24,745 bases of DNA from a virus (Duplodnaviria; Heunggongvirae; Uroviricota; Caudoviricetes). Positions within the stretch are counted from its first letter, which is position 1, and the number at the start of each line of letters is the position of its first letter. This document shows positions 1-9,171 of the stretch, piece by piece. The position numbers and the translations under genes are program-made. The DNA is taken from IMG/VR virus record IMGVR_UViG_3300017917_003727; one strand, given 5' to 3'. The notes beneath the pieces are model-generated. The model was not told where the DNA came from, ran no database searches, and worked only from the letters and a program-made list of their open reading frames with translations.

Positions 1-81
1 GGTACTTCAGGTTCTTCAGGAACTAGCGGTACTTCAGGTTCTTCAGGAACTAGCGGTACTTCAGGTTCTTCAGGAACTAGC
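1..81 (+). repeat. 27-bp tandem repeat x3 (GGTACTTCAGGTTCTTCAGGAACTAGC) encoding GTSGSSGTS
   Basis: Exact copies at 1-27, 28-54 and 55-81; a degenerate 9-bp periodicity continues to about 162. Confidence 0.95.
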
Positions 82-831
82 GGTTCTTCAGGAACAAGTG
101 GTTCAAGCGGCTCTTCAGGAAGTTCAGGTAAATCAGGAACATCTGGTTCAAGTGGAACAAGTGGTGTTGTATCATCAGTGGCGACAGGATACGGATATCC
201 AATAGTTTATTTACCTGATAGTCAAATATTTGGATACTGTGAAAACATGTTCCAATACAATGGAGGAGGACTTGTTTTTGGAGCAACCCCAGATGCAACT
301 TTATCGGCAGATACTTTCATTAATACTGGTGTTGTAAGTCATTACCCAATAAGTTATAGTGATGGTGGTCTAACACCTTTAGCACAAGGTCAGGGTGATG
401 GTAGAATAATGAAAGGTATTACAAGCGGGACCTTAGCCGCAGCATCTCTTTGTTATATGACTACTACGGTTGGTGGTGGAATATATACAAATGTGGGTAG
501 ATGGGCTAACACAGACGCAGACGCACCTCAAAACTCAAGGGGATTATTAGGAGTAATACTTTCAGGTTCAACAGGAAATGACCAATTAAGAAATTTTGTG
601 GTTGACGGATTGGTTACAGTACCAACAAACTTAATTCAAAACAAACCAGCAACAGAAACAAACGCATTGGGTGTTCCAATATACATCAGCCCAACTGCAG
701 GTAATTTTGATGTGGTTGCACCATCCACATCAGGTCAAGTTGTTAGAATTGTTGGTCACGTTGTGGCGGTTTCCCAAGGTCAATGGTGGACAATACTATT
801 TAGACCTGATGGAACATGGTTAGAAATATAA
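1..831 (+). CDS. 5'-truncated collagen-like (Gly-X-Ser) repeat protein, probable virion fibre/decoration protein
   Basis: Frame 1 is open from base 1 into ORF 178..831, so the true start lies upstream of the window. Bases 1-162 encode 18 Gly-X-Y triplets (GTS/GSS/GKS). The C-terminal Gly-rich beta domain (WANTDADA...GLLG...G.V...IYISPTAG...APSTSGQVVRIVG) resembles phage capsid-decoration/fibre domains. TAA at 829-831. Confidence 0.75.
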   Translation, partial: GTSGSSGTSGTSGSSGTSGTSGSSGTSGSSGTSGSSGSSGSSGKSGTSGSSGTSGVVSSVATGYGYPIVYLPDSQIFGYCENMFQYNGGGLVFGATPDATLSADTFINTGVVSHYPISYSDGGLTPLAQGQGDGRIMKGITSGTLAAASLCYMTTTVGGGIYTNVGRWANTDADAPQNSRGLLGVILSGSTGNDQLRNFVVDGLVTVPTNLIQNKPATETNALGVPIYISPTAGNFDVVAPSTSGQVVRIVGHVVAVSQGQWWTILFRPDGTWLEI

Positions 832-836
832 TAATA

Positions 837-867
837 AAAAAGGTCGGACTAAAATTCCGACCTTTTT
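837..867. terminator. Bidirectional rho-independent terminator
   Basis: AAAAAGGTCGGA (837-848), 7-nt loop, TCCGACCTTTTT (856-867): a perfect 12-bp inverted repeat with A/T tracts on both sides, lying between convergent genes. Confidence 0.9.
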
Positions 868-918
868 ATTTAAATTATCACTTGTTTGTAATACCCCAAT
901 CAAAAGTTGAAAAATCAA

Positions 919-3204
919 TCATAATCCTAAGATATTAAAAACTTGTAATGAAGTAATTGATTTTTGGCAAATATGTTGTAACTCTGTTCCTTTATAAACA
1001 GGACACCAATCCCAATCACCTGAATCAAACACATGTACTGGGTCATTCCAACATTTAATACAAACATCGTTGGTTATTTTTGTTAAGTTACTTGTAAATT
1101 CATGACCTTCTTGAACAAAACCATTAATCATATATGTATATTTTCCTAACGCCCAATTTATCCAAGATAAACCTGAACCTAATCCAATAAATTTATCCGC
1201 ATAATGTAAATAAGTTGCGACATCATCTAAAGGTCTCCCTGATATATTTTTAACACCATGCATGTGATACGGTTTTCTTGTTAAAACCACAACTTCATAA
1301 CCTAATTGTTTTATTAATTTACTTAAAGAGACCCAATTTTCATAAGACCATTCTTTACATCCCGCAGTTGCTTCAGGACCAAAAACAATATATTTTTCTT
1401 TTATTGGACGTTTACCAATTTTTAAATTTAAACCATAATTTTTTTCTTCAAACTCAAGACCTAATATATCTGTTGCTGTTTTTTGTAGGGGGATTAGGTT
1501 AACCTGATTTGGATAATAGTCAAATTTTTTCCATCCACCATTATCATCTCTAAACCAACCAATTCTATATACAACCTCACAAGTGGTTGAGCCACCTGGT
1601 AATAAAAATTCAATATCTTCGTAATCTTTTAAACCTTTAAACCAATCATTATTGAATGTACTTAATATTACTTTACAGTTGTGTTTTTTTGCAAAATCAA
1701 CAGCGTACGGTGCCCATGCAATTGTGTCACCAACAGACTTAGATTCAAATGATATTAATACTCTTTTACCATCTAATGACAATTCACTTTGTATTTCACC
1801 ATTCACTTTTATTTGCCAAGGTATGTAGTATTTTTTACCACAAGCGACCCACATATTATTAGTTATTTTGGCTGAGTGTAAAACCTCCTCAGTTTCTTTA
1901 TTTATAAATTCAACAAAATATTGTTGATAATCATCACCCAATATTTCAACACGAGGACCATCAAGATAAGTAACATTTATTGTGTTTTTTTTAGTTAATT
2001 TTTCAGTCCAAGGTTTTCTACTTATGAAATCATTTATTGTTTCCAAACCAATTTTAGCAACATTATCCCAATTAAATTTTTCATGAATTTCTTTTGATTC
2101 CAACAAACATTTATTTTTTATTTCATCATAAAATTCATATGAAAACCTCATTTTTTCAGATAAATCCTCAAAGTTCGGTTCATAATAGTTTCCAACATTA
2201 TCGTTAAAATGATTGTATGAACTTGCACTCACAGGTAACTCACCAATAATGTTTACAGGTATTCCTCTACCTTCGGCAAATTCTAATTGACCTGAACAAT
2301 TAGAATAAATTGATGGGACGCCACATGACATGGCCTCAATTAAAGGTAAATTCCAACCTTCGGAACGCGCACAAGATAAAAACACGTTACAAGATTTTAA
2401 AATATCAATATAATCTGTTCTTGATGGGAAATGTAAAACTTTGATTCTTTCATCATTCAAACCATAATACTCTAATCTTTCCTCAGTAGATTTAAAACCA
2501 TCATTAGAGAATGGATTATCAACTGATATGATTAAATCAACAGGTTCATTTTTATTAAAAGTCTTTAAAAAAGTTTCAATAATTTCTTTTGTCGATTTTC
2601 TATAGTCCCACCTACCCGCTAAGAAAAATTTAAATCTACCATCAGAAGTTAATTGGTGTTTTACATTTGGGTTAGGAAAAAAAACTGATGTATCAACACC
2701 TTCAGGAACTACTTTAATTTTATTTTCAGGATAACCTTGTTTTATTGTGACTTCTTTTTGCCATTTAGACGGAACCCACAACTCATCAAATTCCATTAAT
2801 TTATTGAAAAATTGTGATGGTTGTAATGTTGATTCCCAAACATTATAAGCAATTTTTGGTCCAATGTAATTGTCGTAAAAAATGTGGTGATTAGTTTCAC
2901 ATAACACAATATTTAAATCAGGAAAAAATTCTTTTGATTTATCAGGATAAATAGGAAAATCACTTCTTGTATTATCGGTATTCCACAATATTTGTTGATA
3001 TAACATTTTTCTATCAACGTCGTTAAAATAAGGCTCATTATCATGCGGGGTTTCATTATAACCTTTCCAAGAATTACCGATAGTAAAATTTCTTATTTTT
3101 ATGTCGGTATAATTAGATAATGCTCTAAAAAAATCTCTAGTATGTTGATTATATCCTGTTGTTCCAACATAAGAGCCATGAACAAAAATTTTAGGTTTTT
3201 TCAT
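919..3204 (-). CDS. Bifunctional glycosyltransferase: N-terminal GT4 (GT-B) fused to a C-terminal TibC/Aah-type (BAHT) autotransporter O-heptosyltransferase-like domain
   Basis: GT4 motifs: LWVPSKWQK, VVPEGVD, GRWDYRK, ARSEGWNLPLIEAMSCGVPSI. BAHT-like motifs: GPRVEI, KSVGDTIAWAPYA, CKEWSYENW, FIGLGSGLSWINWALG, and the four-Cys motif CIKCWN...DWDWCP...HICQKSI. Confidence 0.85.
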   Translation of the reverse strand: MKKPKIFVHGSYVGTTGYNQHTRDFFRALSNYTDIKIRNFTIGNSWKGYNETPHDNEPYFNDVDRKMLYQQILWNTDNTRSDFPIYPDKSKEFFPDLNIVLCETNHHIFYDNYIGPKIAYNVWESTLQPSQFFNKLMEFDELWVPSKWQKEVTIKQGYPENKIKVVPEGVDTSVFFPNPNVKHQLTSDGRFKFFLAGRWDYRKSTKEIIETFLKTFNKNEPVDLIISVDNPFSNDGFKSTEERLEYYGLNDERIKVLHFPSRTDYIDILKSCNVFLSCARSEGWNLPLIEAMSCGVPSIYSNCSGQLEFAEGRGIPVNIIGELPVSASSYNHFNDNVGNYYEPNFEDLSEKMRFSYEFYDEIKNKCLLESKEIHEKFNWDNVAKIGLETINDFISRKPWTEKLTKKNTINVTYLDGPRVEILGDDYQQYFVEFINKETEEVLHSAKITNNMWVACGKKYYIPWQIKVNGEIQSELSLDGKRVLISFESKSVGDTIAWAPYAVDFAKKHNCKVILSTFNNDWFKGLKDYEDIEFLLPGGSTTCEVVYRIGWFRDDNGGWKKFDYYPNQVNLIPLQKTATDILGLEFEEKNYGLNLKIGKRPIKEKYIVFGPEATAGCKEWSYENWVSLSKLIKQLGYEVVVLTRKPYHMHGVKNISGRPLDDVATYLHYADKFIGLGSGLSWINWALGKYTYMINGFVQEGHEFTSNLTKITNDVCIKCWNDPVHVFDSGDWDWCPVYKGTELQHICQKSITSLQVFNILGL

Positions 3205-3205
3205 A

Positions 3206-3238
3206 TTGAAAATATATTAAAAAACATTATATTTTCAA
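3206..3238. promoter_or_regulatory. 11-bp perfect inverted repeat filling a 37-bp divergent intergenic gap; probable back-to-back promoter elements or operator
   Basis: TTGAAAATATA (3206-3216), 11-nt spacer, TATATTTTCAA (3228-3238). Each arm places TATATTTT 4-6 nt before one of the two divergent ATGs (3204 on -, 3242 on +). Confidence 0.55.
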
Positions 3239-3241
3239 CAT

Positions 3242-3886
3242 ATGGCTAATGGAGTTTATAAAATAACTGAAGATTTTGAGAAAGTGTTATCTGACTACAC
3301 AGGGGCCCCTTATGTTGTTACAGTAGATAATCAATCAAACGCTTTGTTTTTGTCTTTATACTATGAAAAAAATATAAAAAAATCTATAACCCAAGACACT
3401 ATTACAATACCAAATAGGACTTATCCATCAGTTCCTTGTGAAATAATACATACAGGATTAAAAGTTAATTTTTTTGAAATTGAAGGTACTAAATTAAAAG
3501 GAGCTTACAAACTTCAAGGTAGTAATGTTTGGGATTCAGCATTGAGATTCACTGCGGATATGTATATCCCTAATTCACATATGTGTATTTCATTCACAGG
3601 TCCATATAAACATTTTAAATTAAGTAAGGGTGGTGCGATATTAACAGACAATCACGAAGCTTATTTGTGGTTTAAGAGAGCTCGTTATAGTGGTAGAAGA
3701 GAATGTTCATATCATGATGACTACTTTGATATGTTGGGTTGGAATTTTTATATGATGCCAGAACTCGCAACTAGAGGTTTATTGTTAATGAATCAATTTT
3801 ACAATATAGATGGTACAAAAAAATACAACGAGGATTTAGAATTACCATATCCTGACTTATCAAAATTTGAAATTTATAAAAAATAA
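3242..3886 (+). CDS. Compact DegT/DnrJ/EryC1/StrS-family PLP-dependent sugar aminotransferase
   Basis: Motifs: VTVDNQSNALFLSL, ITIPNRTYPSV, WDSA (PLP-binding Asp), SFTGPYKH...KGGAILTD (Schiff-base Lys region), GWNFYMMPELATRGL. Only 214 aa, much shorter than typical members (about 370 aa). Confidence 0.8.
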   Translation: MANGVYKITEDFEKVLSDYTGAPYVVTVDNQSNALFLSLYYEKNIKKSITQDTITIPNRTYPSVPCEIIHTGLKVNFFEIEGTKLKGAYKLQGSNVWDSALRFTADMYIPNSHMCISFTGPYKHFKLSKGGAILTDNHEAYLWFKRARYSGRRECSYHDDYFDMLGWNFYMMPELATRGLLLMNQFYNIDGTKKYNEDLELPYPDLSKFEIYKK

Positions 3887-3887
3887 T

Positions 3888-4430
3888 ATGTTTTACACAA
3901 AAGAAGAATTAAATAAAATAGGGTTTAAATCTATTGGTGAAAACGTTTTAATATCTGACAAAGCTTCAATATATGGTGCTAAAAATATTGAAATAGGTTC
4001 TAATGTTAGGGTTGATGATTTTTGTATTTTAAGTGCTGGTGAAGGAGGTATTAAAATTGGTAATTACATTCACATTGCTTGTTACGCTCATTTAATAGGT
4101 TCAGGTCAAATAATTGTCGATGACCACGCTCAAATATCTGGAAAAGTCTCAATATATTCATCATCTGACGATTTTTCGGGTGATTTTTTAGTTGGACCAA
4201 CAGTCCCAAAAGAATTTACTAATGTCAAAAATTTGACAGTTCATTTGAAAAAATATGTAGTTTTAGGGTGTAACACGGTTGTTTTACCTGGTGTCACAAT
4301 TGAAGAAGGTACCGCTGTTGGTGCTATGAGTTTAGTCAATAAATCTTTACCCGAATATTGTATATATGGTGGTAACCCAATAAAATTCTTGAAAGAAAGA
4401 ACTAAGGGGGTACAAAAATACGAAATATAA
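3888..4430 (+). CDS. vioB: VioB-like dTDP-4-amino-4,6-dideoxyhexose N-acyltransferase (hexapeptide left-handed beta-helix)
   Basis: GFKSIGENVLISDKASIYG...VRVDDFCILSAGEGGI...IYSSSDDFSG...LPGVTIEEGTAVGAMS closely matches my recollection of E. coli O7 VioB. ATG 3888 directly after the aminotransferase stop is preferred over the track's TTG at 3867. Confidence 0.75.
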   Translation: MFYTKEELNKIGFKSIGENVLISDKASIYGAKNIEIGSNVRVDDFCILSAGEGGIKIGNYIHIACYAHLIGSGQIIVDDHAQISGKVSIYSSSDDFSGDFLVGPTVPKEFTNVKNLTVHLKKYVVLGCNTVVLPGVTIEEGTAVGAMSLVNKSLPEYCIYGGNPIKFLKERTKGVQKYEI

Positions 4431-4455
4431 AATTGTCATATATATTTTAAAAAAA

Positions 4456-5442
4456 ATGGAATTACCATACGAAGAAGGAAAATTTAATTTTATTGTTGAT
4501 TTATTTATACCATTTGAAAAAATGTTAACAGGTGGTTTAATGGTTTTGCATAAATTAGCCTACAAATTGGCGGAAAAAGGACACAATGTTTATATTTTTT
4601 GCAAACCTGAATATCCACATCCAAACATAAAAGTAATACAAAGCAGTTTAACTTTTGACGAAAGTGGATTTATACAACAATATAATTGGGAAGGGTTCAC
4701 GTTCCCAATTGAAAATACAATATCAATATATCCTCAAATAACAAGATACAATCCATTTAACACTAATCATGTTGCTAGGTGGATATTATATGACACTCAA
4801 AAAGAAATAGAAGACACTTATGGCGAAAATGACGTATATTTTAATTATTTGAATTTTAAAACGTTTAAATTAGTCCCCCAAAGAAAACTAACCGTACTTG
4901 ATTATAAGTTAGATTGGTTGTATGTTACGAACACAGGAAAAAGAAAAACTTTTTGTCATTTAATACACAAAAATACACCACCAAACGGAGAAAAAATATT
5001 CAAAGACTTAAATTCTTTTGATTTGACCGATTGGATGAGCAAAGGCGTTACTGATGGATACAACCCTTATGATTATTTAAGAGACACATTCAATCAATAT
5101 GAATATTTTTTAACCTATGACCAAAAAACATATTTTAGTGTTATGGCAGCATTATGCGGGTGTAAAACAATCATATTAAATCCAGGAACACCATACGAGT
5201 TTGTACCGAATGCAAACACTAACCTAAAATTAAAAGATAACATTACACCAACCGAATTTAGATTAAATAATTATTTACAACAATTTGGTATAGCGTATGG
5301 TTGGGATGATATAAAATGGGCTAAAGATACTCTACCTTTAGTTAGGGATTATATTGAAGATTTAGAGACTATTGACGACAAAACTGTTGATAATTTCATA
5401 AATTATTGGAAGGAAAAAAATTTAAAAAATGATAACATATAG
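4456..5442 (+). CDS. Putative GT-B glycosyltransferase (WavQ-like)
   Basis: N-terminal TGGLMVLHKLAYKLAEKGHNV, IYPQIT..NP...VARWILY, and C-terminal FNQYEYFLTYDQKTYFSVMAALCGCKTII pattern. Confidence 0.55.
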   Translation: MELPYEEGKFNFIVDLFIPFEKMLTGGLMVLHKLAYKLAEKGHNVYIFCKPEYPHPNIKVIQSSLTFDESGFIQQYNWEGFTFPIENTISIYPQITRYNPFNTNHVARWILYDTQKEIEDTYGENDVYFNYLNFKTFKLVPQRKLTVLDYKLDWLYVTNTGKRKTFCHLIHKNTPPNGEKIFKDLNSFDLTDWMSKGVTDGYNPYDYLRDTFNQYEYFLTYDQKTYFSVMAALCGCKTIILNPGTPYEFVPNANTNLKLKDNITPTEFRLNNYLQQFGIAYGWDDIKWAKDTLPLVRDYIEDLETIDDKTVDNFINYWKEKNLKNDNI

Positions 5443-6379
5443 AGGACTTTCAGAAGATAAAAAAAGTATTTTTTATTCACCAACACAAGAGGGAACAACC
5501 CAAATTGAAATAAAAGTTTATGACTCATATACTGATGGTTTTATTTTTCACAGTGAAATTGACGTGACACATGGTTGGAATTACTATACATATATTCCCG
5601 CAGCATGGAAAAACAGGAATGTATACATATATAATAAAAATACCAAAGAATTATTAGCACCGTTTGTAATTGATGGGACAAATTCATTAGAAAATTATGA
5701 TAGAGAATTATATCTAAAAAAATTGTTTAAAATTGAAAAAAATGAAAGTCACCAAGCTGGTATTCATGATGTTTTACGAGAACATTTATTTGATAGACAG
5801 TATAAAGACATTGTTGATGTTGAAAATGGTGATGTAGTTTTTGATGTTGGTTTTAATTTTGGTATATTTTCTTTGGGCGCGTTAAACAATGGTGCCTCTA
5901 AAATTTATGGTTTTGAACCAAATAAAAACATATATAATATAATTAAAGAAATTTATCCTGATAAAGATAAAGTACAGATATATAATGTTGCTGTTTCAGA
6001 TAAAAATGAAATATTAACATTTTATGAGGGAGAAAATACACTAGCGTCAAGTCTAGAAAATAACGTTGGTGATTATAAAGAATCATACGAGGTTGAATGT
6101 ATCAATTTTTATGATTTTATATTGAAAAATGAAATTAAAAAAATTGATTTTTTAAAGATAGATTGTGAAGGTGCTGAATATCAAATATTCGAGTCTATTC
6201 CCGATGAATATTTTTCAACAATAAATAAAATCCATGTTGAGTTTCACTTTAATGAGGGTGAAAAAATTAAATCATTAATCAATAAATTGGAAAAAAATAA
6301 TTTTGAATGGTGGTTTGAGCGAGATAGAGGAATGTTAAGCGACATTGGTTTAATATTTGCAAAGAAAATAAAAACATGA
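5429..6379 (+). CDS. FkbM-family (Methyltransf_21) SAM-dependent methyltransferase with an N-terminal beta-rich extension
   Basis: VVFDVGFNFGIFS, IYGFEPN, NVAVSDK, IDFLKIDCEGAEY, IHVEFH. Confidence 0.9.
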   Translation: MITYRGLSEDKKSIFYSPTQEGTTQIEIKVYDSYTDGFIFHSEIDVTHGWNYYTYIPAAWKNRNVYIYNKNTKELLAPFVIDGTNSLENYDRELYLKKLFKIEKNESHQAGIHDVLREHLFDRQYKDIVDVENGDVVFDVGFNFGIFSLGALNNGASKIYGFEPNKNIYNIIKEIYPDKDKVQIYNVAVSDKNEILTFYEGENTLASSLENNVGDYKESYEVECINFYDFILKNEIKKIDFLKIDCEGAEYQIFESIPDEYFSTINKIHVEFHFNEGEKIKSLINKLEKNNFEWWFERDRGMLSDIGLIFAKKIKT

Positions 6380-8247
6380 AATTGAAATTAATACAATTAT
6401 GGATTGGTAAAATTCCTGATTATTTTTGGTTTCACTACGAAACGACTAAAAATTTAAAAGACGTTGAATTTTTAATTTTTACTGATGATGATTTAGTAGT
6501 CGATTCTCCAAATTATAAAGTAGTACCAATAACAAAAGATGAAATAGAAAATAAAATTTCATCAATGCTTAATTACAATTACAAAATCATTAATTCTAAA
6601 AAAATTAATGATTTAAAATCCTGTTTAGGTGAATTATTTGAAGATTATTTAACTGATTGCAATTTTTTCGGTTTTTATGATATAGATACATTATTTGGTG
6701 ATTTCCAAAAATGGATTTTACCATATACGAGTGAATATGATGTAATATCTTTTGCGGACAGTATCCACCATGATAGGTTGTGCGGTCCATTAACTATTTT
6801 TAGAAATACCTATGATAACCTTAGATTATATAGAAATAGATTTGATGAGTTTTTAAATACATTAAATCATGATAGTATCGATGCTTTTGAGGAGCATCAA
6901 CTATCACAAATAGTTTTAGAAAAATGTAAGGTAAAATTAATTTATGATTCTACAAACTGTGAAACACATAACGGTGGAAAAAACACGTATGAGGCTTATT
7001 GGAGTGGGGGTAAGGTTTTTGTAAACAACGAGGAAAAACTACTCTATCATTTTTATAGAAAAAACCATACAAAATTTCAAAAAATAGGTAATACAATAAG
7101 CGTTCACTATGATAAAAAAATTATTGACGATTTTTTATGGGTTGTCCATTTTTCAGAAAAATATGAAACATTATTACCGTATTTGATTGACTCAATTAAA
7201 AAATACTCAAACAGAAAATGTGTTTTATATTCAATAAATTACAGTCCAAATTTTTTATTTAAAACACAATTTGAAAGCGAACAATTTATTTTTAGGAGAA
7301 TTGATATGGAGCCTGGACCATTAGATAATAGAGGGCGAGACAGTAGAATTATGAATTCAAAACCACTAATTCTAATGGATGCAATCAAATCATTTCCAAA
7401 TAAAAAATTTGTTCACATTGATACCGACATTTATTTAACAACTAATGCTGATGATATTATAAAATACTTTAATAGACTTGAAGATTACCCATTAATGAAT
7501 TCGCACATTCATGATGTTATGTATCTTTCAGGTATTAGACATGACGAAGAATGGACTAGTTCACTACATGTTTTATTGGATGCAATGAAAGAAGAAAAAC
7601 AACCAATATTCCCAAGAAGAAAATGTAATGTTATTTTATTTGATGAACGTAGTTATTGGTTTTTTGAGGAACAAATGTTAATATATAATCAATATAAAGA
7701 TAGTGGAATACCAGGAATATTAGCAATTTTTGATGAGGACACCGCAAATGCGTTATTAGCAAAATATCAATTTAAAAATTCTCTACCGTTAATTGATATT
7801 GAAGAGAGTCATAATTTAAATATTGAAAAAATACACAACTACAGTTATAATATGACAGGCACATCTCCTTGGGTTGAACTTCCAAAAAACATTAACGATT
7901 TTTTAGTTTTTCATGGTTTTAAATCAATTTCAGATTATCAACAAATACAAAGAGATTATGGTTTATCTACTTTAGATTGTGAAGAGTTTGTTATAACATA
8001 TACAAATAATTTATTACTTTTTGAGAAAAATTCATTCATGACAACAAAGAAAGTGGCCCAAGTTGTTGATTTTATTGTAAACGATTTAGATGGTAATGAA
8101 CTTTATAGATTAAGTAATCAAAGATTTTACGATTATTGGTATTTTTATTTATCTGATATAATTTTAGAACCTAAAAAATATTCTATTAAGATAGTTGAAA
8201 CTAACAGTAATAAATGTATCTTTAACGACATATTAGAAATAAAATGA
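6376..8247 (+). CDS. Two-domain putative glycosyltransferase (DUF6625-like domain plus GT-A DxD domain) with a C-terminal beta-rich module
   Basis: N-domain: IQLWIGKIPDYF...FFGFYDIDTLFGD...GPLTIFRN. Second domain: NSKP...FVHIDTDIYL. ATGA overlap with the previous gene. Confidence 0.65.
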   Translation: MKLKLIQLWIGKIPDYFWFHYETTKNLKDVEFLIFTDDDLVVDSPNYKVVPITKDEIENKISSMLNYNYKIINSKKINDLKSCLGELFEDYLTDCNFFGFYDIDTLFGDFQKWILPYTSEYDVISFADSIHHDRLCGPLTIFRNTYDNLRLYRNRFDEFLNTLNHDSIDAFEEHQLSQIVLEKCKVKLIYDSTNCETHNGGKNTYEAYWSGGKVFVNNEEKLLYHFYRKNHTKFQKIGNTISVHYDKKIIDDFLWVVHFSEKYETLLPYLIDSIKKYSNRKCVLYSINYSPNFLFKTQFESEQFIFRRIDMEPGPLDNRGRDSRIMNSKPLILMDAIKSFPNKKFVHIDTDIYLTTNADDIIKYFNRLEDYPLMNSHIHDVMYLSGIRHDEEWTSSLHVLLDAMKEEKQPIFPRRKCNVILFDERSYWFFEEQMLIYNQYKDSGIPGILAIFDEDTANALLAKYQFKNSLPLIDIEESHNLNIEKIHNYSYNMTGTSPWVELPKNINDFLVFHGFKSISDYQQIQRDYGLSTLDCEEFVITYTNNLLLFEKNSFMTTKKVAQVVDFIVNDLDGNELYRLSNQRFYDYWYFYLSDIILEPKKYSIKIVETNSNKCIFNDILEIK

Positions 8248-9170
8248 AAAAAGTCGCATTAATAAGTTCTTTTTGTGATACAGAAGAAAAAATATATGTT
8301 TTAGAAAAAAATATTAAAACTGTTAAAAATTTAGGTATTGATGTAATATTAATCAGTCCAATTTTTTTACCTGAAAGAATAACATCAATTTGTGACTACT
8401 ATTTTCAGACTAAAGATAATTTAGTTTTAGATTGGCCATTACGCTCAATGTTTATATGGAGGGAATTATATATTAACAATTTAAGACATAAAATTACAAA
8501 AACATATGGTGATTATGGTTGGGCGGGATTAAACCAAGTAAAACAATTAAGTGAAATTGCTTTATTATTTGAATATGAACAATTTTTTCATATGATATAC
8601 GATTTAAAAATTGATGATAACGTATTAAACGGTTTAAACTCTGAACGTATTTGTAATGTATATCCATCAAAAAGAGATAATGACGTATGGAAAGTCGGAT
8701 TACATTTTATGGTATTTGATAGAAAGAATTTAAGAAGATTCGTATCGAACATTCATCTTGACAGTTATCTTTCTTTAAAAGGTGCGGACGCTTTTGTTTG
8801 GTTACATAATTTACAAAACATATTTCCATATGAAAATGAGGAAACACCTGTTGAAGATGAAATATATTATTATGATGGGTATGATTTTTTTAATTATTCA
8901 CCAATCAAAGAACAACCATTTTTTATTGTTAAAGATGATGAATTATTGGACAGTGTAAAACTATTATTCTATTCTGTTAGAGAAACAAAACCAATACAAA
9001 TTATTGTGGATGATAATATAATAAATGATTTCACATATGAGTATCATCTAATAGATTTAGGGTTTAATAAATTAAATCCAAAAAAAGTAAAAATATTGTA
9101 CGATAACAATGAATACGATATTACGGAAACAATTAATAAAGTAAAACACAACACATTTAGGAAAGATTGA
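8244..9170 (+). CDS. Hypothetical protein, probable GT-A-like glycosyltransferase
   Basis: Rossmann-like start (KVALISSFC...GIDVILISP...CDYYF...DN), FFHMIYD at the position where a DxD-like motif is expected, and ATGA coupling within the GT operon. Confidence 0.45.
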   Translation: MKKVALISSFCDTEEKIYVLEKNIKTVKNLGIDVILISPIFLPERITSICDYYFQTKDNLVLDWPLRSMFIWRELYINNLRHKITKTYGDYGWAGLNQVKQLSEIALLFEYEQFFHMIYDLKIDDNVLNGLNSERICNVYPSKRDNDVWKVGLHFMVFDRKNLRRFVSNIHLDSYLSLKGADAFVWLHNLQNIFPYENEETPVEDEIYYYDGYDFFNYSPIKEQPFFIVKDDELLDSVKLLFYSVRETKPIQIIVDDNIINDFTYEYHLIDLGFNKLNPKKVKILYDNNEYDITETINKVKHNTFRKD

Positions 9171-9171
9171 T

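Noticed and set aside
1-81. 27-bp direct repeats as a CRISPR array
   Set aside because: The copies are contiguous with no spacers, in frame, and encode Gly-X-Ser triplets.
3867-3887. TTG start at 3867 (and similarly the 17677 start) from the ORF track
   Set aside because: ATG 3888 and ATG 17695 abut or overlap the upstream stops and give N-termini that fit the families better.
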